From the IMG/VR virus record IMGVR_UViG_2671180986_000010: a DNA stretch of 4,814 nt. One strand, given 5' to 3'. How positions within the stretch are numbered: position 1 is the stretch's first letter; the number at the start of each line of letters is the position of its first letter. Origin of the DNA: a virus (Duplodnaviria; Heunggongvirae; Uroviricota; Caudoviricetes). The notes under the pieces were generated by a model. It ran no database searches. It was not told the DNA's origin and saw only the letters and a program-made list of their open reading frames with translations. Shown here piece after piece: positions 1-4,814 of the stretch. Both the position numbers and the translations under genes were made by a program.

Positions 1-37
1 AAACACTATCAATAAGTTGGAGTCATTACCCCAATTT

Positions 38-51
38 TTTACGTACGTAAA
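38..51. promoter_or_regulatory. 14-bp perfect palindrome TTTACGTACGTAAA flanked by T/A runs; possible protein-binding site
   Basis: Read directly from sequence: positions 38-51 equal their own reverse complement. Function unknown. Confidence 0.2.
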
Positions 52-115
52 CCACTAAATGATATTTGCGAGAATGCTACCGAGTATTGAAAACACCACT
101 ACAAATACATAAGCA

Positions 116-365
116 NNNNNNNNNNNNNNNNNNNNNNNNNNNNNNNNNNNNNNNNNNNNNNNNNNNNNNNNNNNNNNNNNNNNNNNNNNNNNNNNNNNNN
201 NNNNNNNNNNNNNNNNNNNNNNNNNNNNNNNNNNNNNNNNNNNNNNNNNNNNNNNNNNNNNNNNNNNNNNNNNNNNNNNNNNNNNNNNNNNNNNNNNNNN
301 NNNNNNNNNNNNNNNNNNNNNNNNNNNNNNNNNNNNNNNNNNNNNNNNNNNNNNNNNNNNNNNNN
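116..365. other. 250-nt run of N (masked or unknown sequence) upstream of the porin gene
   Basis: Sequence shows only n from 116 to 365; no content can be interpreted. ORFs spanning it in the track are artefacts. Confidence 0.99.
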
Positions 366-372
366 TTACATC

Positions 373-401
373 TTGAAATAATCACATTGATTAGATAAAT
401 A
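373..401 (+). promoter_or_regulatory. Candidate sigma70 promoter for the porin gene (TTGAAA, 17-nt spacer, TAAATA)
   Basis: -35-like TTGAAA at 373-378 and -10-like TAAATA at 396-401 with a 17-nt spacer, about 54 nt upstream of the ATG at 455. Motif match only. Confidence 0.3.
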
Positions 402-454
402 TTTATCGCGCAGTGACATCATTTTTTAATAATAGTTCAAAAAAAGGGCTCACG

Positions 455-1560
455 ATGAAAAAATTAACAGTGGCAATTTCTGCTGTAGCTGCATCAGTAC
501 TGATGGCGATGTCTGCTCAGGCAGCTGAAATTTATAATNNNNNNNNNNNNNNNNNNNNNNNNNNNNNNNTAACAAGCTGGATCTGTACGGGAAAGTTAAT
601 GCTAAGCACTACTTCTCCTCTAATGATGCAGATGATGGTGATACTACTTATGCCCGTCTTGGCTTCAAAGGTGAAACCCAAATCAACGATCAACTGACTG
701 GTTTCGGTCAGTGGGAATATGAATTCAAAGGCAACCGCGCTGAATCTCAAGGTTCCTCCAAAGATAAAACCCGTCTTGCCTTCGCTGGCCTGAAATTCGG
801 TGACTACGGCTCCATCGATTACGGCCGTAACTACGGTGTAGCATACGACATCGGTGCGTGGACTGACGTCCTGCCAGAATTCGGTGGTGACACTTGGACT
901 CAAACAGATGTGTTCATGACTGGTCGCACCACTGGTGTTGCAACTTATCGTAACAACGACTTCTTTGGTCTGGTTGATGGTCTGAACTTTGCTGCTCAGT
1001 ATCAGGGTAAAAATGACCGCACTGACGTAACTGAAGCTAATGGTGATGGTTTCGGTTTCTCCACTACTTATGAGTATGAAGGATTCGGTGTAGGTGCAAC
1101 CTATGCTAAATCTGACCGCACTAATAATCAGGTTATCTACGGTAACAACAGCCTGAATGCATCTGGTCAAAATGCTGAAGTATGGGCAGCTGGTCTGAAA
1201 TATGATGCGAACAACATCTATCTGGCTACCACCTATTCTGAAACCCAGAACATGACTGTTTTTGGTAATAACCATATTGCCAACAAAGCACAAAACTTCG
1301 AAGTAGTTGCACAATATCAGTTCGACTTCGGTCTGCGTCCGTCCGTTGCTTACCTGCAATCTAAAGGAAAAGACTTGGGTGCGTGGGGTGATCAGGACCT
1401 GGTTGAATATATTGATGTAGGTGCAACCTATTACTTCAACAAAAATATGTCCACTTTTGTTGATTACAAAATCAACCTGATTGATAAGAGCGATTTCACG
1501 AAAGCATCTGGCGTTGCTACCGATGATATCGTTGCTGTAGGTATGGTTTACCAGTTCTAA
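455..1560 (+). CDS. nmpC: OmpC/OmpF-family general porin, NmpC/OmpD-like (prophage-borne), interrupted by a 31-nt N-run with a frame change across it
   Basis: N-terminus [28 protein letters not shown] is a typical porin signal peptide plus mature start. After the N-run: [17 protein letters not shown]...[18 protein letters not shown]...PEFGG...[23 protein letters not shown]...AYLQSKGK...[21 protein letters not shown]...VAVGMVYQF with the terminal Phe typical of porins. AAGGG lies 6 nt upstream of the ATG. Start frame (455) and downstream frame (571 onward) differ by one base across the N-run; stop TAA at 1558-1560. Confidence 0.85.
539..569. other. 31-nt N-run inside the porin coding sequence
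   Basis: n at 539-569. Flanking codons AEIYN (ends 538) and NKLDLYGKV (starts 571) are in different frames. Confidence 0.99.
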
Positions 1561-1575
1561 TTTGATTACTAAAAG

Positions 1576-1609
1576 ATATGTTGCGGGAGGCTTTGCCTCC
1601 CCAACATAT
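1576..1609. terminator. Long imperfect hairpin (ATATGTTG-c-GGGAGGC TTT GCCTCCC CAACATAT) 16 nt after the porin stop; candidate terminator, strand ambiguous
   Basis: 7-bp GC-rich inner stem (1585-1591 with 1595-1601) plus 8-bp outer stem (1576-1583 with 1602-1609) and a 1-nt bulge. On the minus strand it is followed by CTTTTAG; on the plus strand there is no U-tract. Confidence 0.3.
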
Positions 1610-1610
1610 A

Positions 1611-1630
1611 AGTGGCTCCCTCAAGCCACT
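1611..1630. other. Second hairpin AGTGGCT-ccctca-AGCCACT in the convergent intergenic region
   Basis: 7-bp inverted repeat with a 6-nt loop, read directly; no adjacent U-tract. Confidence 0.25.
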
Positions 1631-1697
1631 TCCTTTAGGAGCACAACCTTGCTTCTAACTATATAAACCTTCTGTTATATATTACCCTTTATTTTTG

Positions 1698-1731
1698 GGG
1701 GCGTTGCAACGCCCCATTTTTAATAATTTTT
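1698..1731 (+). terminator. Rho-independent terminator: 18-bp perfect palindrome GGGGCGTTGCAACGCCCC followed by ATTTTTAATAATTTTT
   Basis: GC-rich 7-bp stem with TGCA loop, then a T-rich tract on the plus strand. The upstream flank is T-rich, so the minus-strand reading gives an A-tract and is not a classical terminator in that direction. Confidence 0.55.
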
Positions 1732-1748
1732 AGTAAACAATTGGCATA

Positions 1749-2132
1749 TTAATTAGAGTTATTAACAACGATATCCATCTCTAACCGGATATCTAATGCC
1801 ATTAACATCCCTTCAATTATGCCCTCAGCCTTCTGTAACCTTTTCCCGATATAACCATCAGAGCAGCAATGCTTACCTGCCAGTGACATGAATGTCATAC
1901 CGACTACATAATAATCTACTAATAAATCGTGCAAATCGCTGTTGTTCTTTTTCAGACGGGCCATGCACCCGCAAATAATCATCGCGTCATCGTCACAACA
2001 TTGCGGGCGAGATTTTACTTTTGAAGTAATTAATCCCTTAAAACCGGCGGCAATGGACGACCAGGTCACATCTTCATGATTATTAGCCGCCCACGCTCCC
2101 CAACGCTCAAGAACCATCTGAATATCACGCAT
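1749..2132 (-). CDS. quuD: Phage late-gene antitermination protein Q (QuuD-like, lambdoid prophage)
   Basis: Translation [26 protein letters not shown]...[20 protein letters not shown]...[14 protein letters not shown]...NNSN (127 aa), a Cys-rich Q-type antiterminator I recognise as QuuD-like. ATG at 2132 is preceded by GGAG at appropriate spacing; the ORF track extends to a TTG at 2147, which I consider less likely. Confidence 0.85.
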   Translation of the reverse strand: MRDIQMVLERWGAWAANNHEDVTWSSIAAGFKGLITSKVKSRPQCCDDDAMIICGCMARLKKNNSDLHDLLVDYYVVGMTFMSLAGKHCCSDGYIGKRLQKAEGIIEGMLMALDIRLEMDIVVNNSN

Positions 2133-2217
2133 CAACTTACTCCACAAAAATCAGACCAGAACGCCAATTACAAGCAAAAATCAACAAAACAGTATTAGTT
2201 GATTGTTATCTCTGACT

Positions 2218-2358
2218 TCATACTCCTGCTCCTGTCAGGGTTTTGGCGTAATTCTTCAGTATTCGGTAATCGGTCAAAACAGAACCGGGGAAACGATATA
2301 AGCGCAGATGCCCCCAGCGGTGGCGAAGAAGTTCTGCCATATAAAACTCAAACATCAT
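2218..2358 (-). CDS. ylcG: Small nin-region protein YlcG-like (46 aa), below the ORF-track length cutoff
   Basis: Hand translation of the minus strand: [46 protein letters not shown], stop TGA at 2220-2218. The start ATG overlaps the rusA stop (ATGA-type overlap). Sits between rusA and Q as in DLP12. Confidence 0.6.
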   Translation of the reverse strand: MMFEFYMAELLRHRWGHLRLYRFPGSVLTDYRILKNYAKTLTGAGV

Positions 2359-2717
2359 TCATTCCCCATTTCGGTGATGGTCAGTTCCAGCCTCCCACCT
2401 TTGGTAACAGGCATCTTCACAACGCGGTAATCAACGACCTGAGCATCATCCAGCCAGAAACCTGCTTTGGTGAGTGCGTCAAAAGCGGCTTTTTGCAGAT
2501 TATCCAGGTCACGGCGACGGCGATCCGGCATGTGGCACTCAATACGGATTTTCACTGGCATAGCCAGGCCGATATCCAGCATTGCGTTTTTAATGATTCG
2601 GGTGACGTTATCGCGGTATGCCTGCCCTTCTGCGCTGATGTGTGTGCGCCCGCGATTATGGCGGTAATAGCGGTTATTGCTCGGAGGCCAGGGTAATGTG
2701 ATGCTGTAGGTATTCAC
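2355..2717 (-). CDS. rusA: Crossover-junction endodeoxyribonuclease RusA (Holliday junction resolvase)
   Basis: 120-aa translation [38 protein letters not shown]...[48 protein letters not shown] matches RusA as I recall it, including the acidic catalytic region. Confidence 0.9.
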   Translation of the reverse strand: MNTYSITLPWPPSNNRYYRHNRGRTHISAEGQAYRDNVTRIIKNAMLDIGLAMPVKIRIECHMPDRRRRDLDNLQKAAFDALTKAGFWLDDAQVVDYRVVKMPVTKGGRLELTITEMGNE

Positions 2718-3004
2718 GCCTTAATAACCCCCTCTTTCAGCCAGATAACCTGCGTTCTCGCCATACCTTCCAGCGCGCATTCTTTTGCATACTCAGCATC
2801 GACAAAATATGTGCGGCGGTCGATTTCGTCGTGACAGGCAGAACATGCAATGGTGGCAATCAGGTCTGGCGGTTTGATACCGGTACCGCACAATCCAGCC
2901 AGCCGGATATGTGCCAGTACTGACGTTTCAGGATTGCCATTACATACGCCAGGGATTCTTACCTGGCATTCCCGACCACGCGCTGCTTTTCTCAAATCAG
3001 CCAT
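2714..3004 (-). CDS. ybcO: YbcO-like nin-region protein (DUF1364, putative Zn-binding nuclease)
   Basis: Translation [64 protein letters not shown]... (96 aa) with Cys/His cluster. Strong SD AAGGAGG 5 nt upstream of the ATG at 3004. The ORF track start at 3043 would overlap ninE in another frame and lacks an SD. Stop overlaps the rusA start (ATGA). Confidence 0.8.
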   Translation of the reverse strand: MADLRKAARGRECQVRIPGVCNGNPETSVLAHIRLAGLCGTGIKPPDLIATIACSACHDEIDRRTYFVDAEYAKECALEGMARTQVIWLKEGVIKA

Positions 3005-3167
3005 GATTCCTCCTTGCTGCCAGTCGCAACCATTTTTTATCAACCAGGCTAGCGGTATATCCGAGCAGTGTTGGTATTTCGGATGGCTTCAGCTCAGGCT
3101 TACGCTTACGACGATTTGATACTCTGTAGATGTGCCCGTTCATGACACGAATAAGCGGTGTAGCCAT
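2997..3167 (-). CDS. ninE: NinE-family small protein (56 aa), below the ORF-track length cutoff
   Basis: Hand translation: [56 protein letters not shown], stop TGA at 2999-2997. The ATG at 3167 overlaps the ybcN stop (TAATG). Position between the ninB-like gene and ybcO matches lambdoid nin-region order. Confidence 0.7.
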   Translation of the reverse strand: MATPLIRVMNGHIYRVSNRRKRKPELKPSEIPTLLGYTASLVDKKWLRLAARRNHG

Positions 3168-3622
3168 TACGCCTCCTGCTTATCGCGCAGCTGCTGGTAT
3201 TCACAGCTCTGCGGAATTGTCAGGTGGCAGCCGATATTCATCGCCCAGGCTTCGACTTTGCACAGGAAGATGTACATCTCGCCGGTTTCCAGCTCTGACG
3301 TATGGCGGAGGGATTGGACGGTGGTGACCTCGCCGGACACGACATCTACACGGTCTTTGCTTTCGTAGCCGAGATAGGTGTGCTTCATCGCGTCTTTGAC
3401 CCACTCAGGCGTAGCGAAGGTCTTGCCGCGGGCGATGAGATATTCGCTGATCTCCGTGTACCACATGTGGCTGAGCGCGTTCTGCGACAGGCTGCGCTTC
3501 TCGCGCCACGGCTTAACCTGCAGGCGTAAGCATTGCCCGGCATCCAGCAATGGCTGAATCTGCTGGCCGATGGCCGCGAAGTTACCGCGATGGAGTTTGA
3601 TGCCGTCTACTGGCAGAGTCAT
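3167..3622 (-). CDS. ybcN: NinB/YbcN-family protein (DLP12 YbcN-like; recombination / DNA base-flipping protein)
   Basis: 151-aa translation MTLPVDGIKLHRGNFAAIGQQIQPLLDAGQCLRLQVKPWREKRSLSQNALSHMWYTEISEYL... recognised as YbcN-like. GGGAGG SD upstream of the ATG at 3622. First gene of the minus-strand coupled operon in this window. Confidence 0.8.
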   Translation of the reverse strand: MTLPVDGIKLHRGNFAAIGQQIQPLLDAGQCLRLQVKPWREKRSLSQNALSHMWYTEISEYLIARGKTFATPEWVKDAMKHTYLGYESKDRVDVVSGEVTTVQSLRHTSELETGEMYIFLCKVEAWAMNIGCHLTIPQSCEYQQLRDKQEA

Positions 3623-3648
3623 ACGGCCTCCCTAACGGAAACCGCAGA

Positions 3649-3678
3649 ATGCAGAAAATCGCAGGTGCATTTCTGCAT
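3649..3678. promoter_or_regulatory. 9-bp perfect inverted repeat ATGCAGAAA-N12-TTTCTGCAT, 27 nt upstream of ybcN; operator-like or tR2-like terminator candidate
   Basis: Read directly: 3649-3657 is the reverse complement of 3670-3678. Lies between the AT-rich cassette and the nin operon, where lambda carries tR2 upstream of ninB. Confidence 0.3.
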
Positions 3679-3710
3679 CTGTGACAAGGTGATGAGTTCA
3701 GATTGTGGTC

Positions 3711-3732
3711 GCATTTAAGTCCCCTTAAATGC
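3711..3732. promoter_or_regulatory. Hairpin GCATTTAAG-tccc-CTTAAATGC (9-bp stem, 4-nt loop)
   Basis: Perfect inverted repeat read directly; no strong U-tract on either side, so terminator function is uncertain. Confidence 0.3.
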
Positions 3733-3821
3733 GCAGAAGTCACCGGAGTTGTTCAGGCTCCGATGAGAGGATTATGGCGGATTGATTACGATAAATCAAA
3801 ACTATCTTGAAGCCAAAACAG

Positions 3822-3850
3822 TGATCTTCGCTTTAAAAACCTTGTATACT
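3822..3850 (+). promoter_or_regulatory. Weak candidate promoter for the two-gene cassette (TGATCT, 17-nt spacer, TATACT)
   Basis: -10-like TATACT at 3845-3850 with a poor -35; TSS would be about 30 nt upstream of the ATG at 3887. Motif only. Confidence 0.2.
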
Positions 3851-3886
3851 TTCACCTAATCACAGCCAGAACTATGGATCTAACCA

Positions 3887-4264
3887 ATGACCAACAAAGA
3901 AAACAAAGATAAATATATTAACAAGTTCAAGAAAGAGCTTTCAAAATATATACAACCAACTGCTGGAGTGGACATTCAATTATTTAACTCTAAGGATGGT
4001 GGTGGTGTAATTAAAGCCACTTTGAATAGAAGTGGAAAAAGAAAATCATCTATTGCTGGTAATTTTACTAAATTAGGTGAGGCAATTACCTCGAGTGGGC
4101 AGAGGGTTTTTGGTGGTGATCTATCAAATGTGAATTTTTACGGAACAAATACGATTTTTGATGGAGATACAATATTTTTAATTAAATCACCTGATTCAGA
4201 GGAGTGGTCATCACAAAAAGCTTCCAAAGACGTAGAGGGCATCGTATTTGGAGGGAAAAAATGA
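3887..4264 (+). CDS. Hypothetical soluble protein (125 aa), Lys-rich N-terminus, Gly-rich motifs; first gene of AT-rich two-gene cassette
   Basis: ORF MTNKENKDKYINKFKKELSKYIQ...NSKDGGGVIKATLNRSGKRKSS...VFGGDLSNVNFYGTNTIFDGDTIFLIKSPDSEEW...IVFGGKK. No hydrophobic segment and no family recognised. Weak SD. Stop TGA overlaps the ATG of the next gene (ATGA). Confidence 0.6.
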   Translation: MTNKENKDKYINKFKKELSKYIQPTAGVDIQLFNSKDGGGVIKATLNRSGKRKSSIAGNFTKLGEAITSSGQRVFGGDLSNVNFYGTNTIFDGDTIFLIKSPDSEEWSSQKASKDVEGIVFGGKK

Positions 4265-4689
4265 TTAACATTACTACTAAGGATGGCACTCAAGTCAGTG
4301 GTGAAGTAAGAGATCTAGTAATTCTTCTTGAAACTGATGGAAAAACGGTGTCTGATTATTTGCAGCCAATCCCTCCCAAAAAAGATACACACTGGAGCAT
4401 GATTTTCATTCCGGTAGCAATTTATATACTACTTAATCTTGTATACATTATTGCTCACCCATTATTTCCTGAAAAATATCTAAAAACATCAACATCTATA
4501 TTTCTATTCATTTCCTTCATATTAAGTGCAATAGTAGCATATTTTGTTTTCCATAAGCATAAATCTGCCACTCTATCCATATGCAGCTTAGTGTTCTTAG
4601 TGTTAATTGTAGGTGCTAACGTAGGGTTTATCAGTTACAGCGACCTAACACAAAAAGCGACGCAAAAATTAGATAGTTTGTCTAAATAA
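4261..4689 (+). CDS. Hypothetical small membrane protein (142 aa): about 45-aa N-terminal soluble domain plus three predicted TM helices
   Basis: GGAGGG SD 6 nt upstream of the ATG at 4261 (the track's GTG start at 4204 lies inside the upstream gene). Hydrophobic stretches SMIFIPVAIYILLNLVYIIAHPLF, SIFLFISFILSAIVAYFVF and LSICSLVFLVLIVGANVGFISY. Low-GC codon usage. Confidence 0.65.
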   Translation: MINITTKDGTQVSGEVRDLVILLETDGKTVSDYLQPIPPKKDTHWSMIFIPVAIYILLNLVYIIAHPLFPEKYLKTSTSIFLFISFILSAIVAYFVFHKHKSATLSICSLVFLVLIVGANVGFISYSDLTQKATQKLDSLSK

Positions 4690-4696
4690 TTATGTT

Positions 4697-4717
4697 GCCA
4701 TGCGAAGTATGCATGGC
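4697..4717 (+). terminator. Hairpin GCCATGC-gaagtat-GCATGGC just after the cassette stop; weak terminator candidate
   Basis: 7-bp inverted repeat 8 nt after the TAA at 4687-4689, but no clear U-tract follows. Confidence 0.2.
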
Positions 4718-4814
4718 TGCATGTCTGCCTTCCATTTAAAATGGGCTAAGACCTATAACCCTAAATATTATTCTTTATTATCTTCTTTACCACTTCGGTG
4801 ATGCTGCCAACTTA

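Noticed and set aside
1-115. Expected lysis genes (holin/endolysin) to the left of the porin, as in DLP12
   Set aside because: No ORF of useful length and no recognisable holin or endolysin sequence in the 115 readable bases; those genes, if present, lie outside the window or under the mask.
66-398. ORF-track ORFs 66..398 (+) and 77..385 (-), composed almost entirely of X
   Set aside because: They are open only because the 250-nt N-run contains no stop codons; there is no real coding evidence.
532-1359. 275-aa minus-strand ORF antisense to the porin
   Set aside because: It overlaps a strongly recognisable porin on the opposite strand, has low-complexity composition with no recognisable family, and partly runs through the N-run; it is an antisense shadow ORF.
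1578-1658. 26-codon plus-strand ORF (MLREALPPQHISGSLKPLPLGAQPCF) in the Q/porin intergenic region
   Set aside because: It lies inside the hairpin structures, has no ribosome-binding site, and its start codon is buried in a stem; more likely structural RNA or DNA than coding.
2133-2147. Longer Q start at the TTG codon (ORF-track start 2147)
   Set aside because: The ATG at 2132 has a well-placed GGAG ribosome-binding site and gives the 127-aa length I recall for QuuD-like proteins; the TTG extension has no ribosome-binding site.
2199-2696. Plus-strand ORFs 2199..2696 and 2467..2667 opposite rusA and ylcG
   Set aside because: Antisense to well-supported rusA and ylcG, with Arg/Ser-rich composition typical of shadow frames.
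2850-3718. Plus-strand ORFs 2850..3119, 3130..3327, 3132..3368, 3302..3529, 3533..3718 and minus-strand ORF 3201..3404
   Set aside because: All overlap ybcO, ninE or ybcN in alternative or antisense frames, lack ribosome-binding sites, and have biased Arg/Pro/Ser composition; they are shadow ORFs.
4204-4260. Longer start for the membrane protein at the GTG codon at 4204
   Set aside because: That start lies inside the upstream gene; the ATG at 4261 has a GGAGGG ribosome-binding site and forms the ATGA coupling overlap.
4690-4814. Possible 3' end of a minus-strand gene entering from the right edge
   Set aside because: All three minus-strand frames hit a stop within about 50 nt of the edge, so at most 14 codons would be present; too short to call or identify.
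1-4814. CRISPR arrays, tRNA or rRNA genes, IS elements
   Set aside because: No direct-repeat/spacer periodicity, no tRNA-like cloverleaf candidates and no transposase-like ORF or terminal inverted repeats in the unmasked sequence; an IS end inside the masked 116..365 block cannot be excluded.

Overview
This window is a segment of a lambdoid (DLP12-like) prophage. On the minus strand, a translationally coupled nin-region operon runs right to left: NinB/YbcN-family protein, NinE, YbcO, RusA Holliday-junction resolvase, YlcG and a Q-family late antiterminator (QuuD-like). Converging on it from the left is a plus-strand OmpC/OmpF-family porin (NmpC-like), interrupted by a 31-nt N-run; a further 250-nt N-run lies upstream of it. 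The most interesting part is at the right end (3887..4689): an AT-rich, translationally coupled two-gene cassette on the plus strand, antisense to the prophage early operon. It encodes a 125-aa Lys/Gly-rich soluble protein and a 142-aa protein with a small N-terminal soluble domain and three predicted transmembrane helices. I do not recognise either protein; this is the best candidate for an undescribed accessory system (defence, abortive infection or superinfection exclusion), but that function is inference only. All gene identifications rest on my recall of protein families from the translated ORFs; no database search was run.
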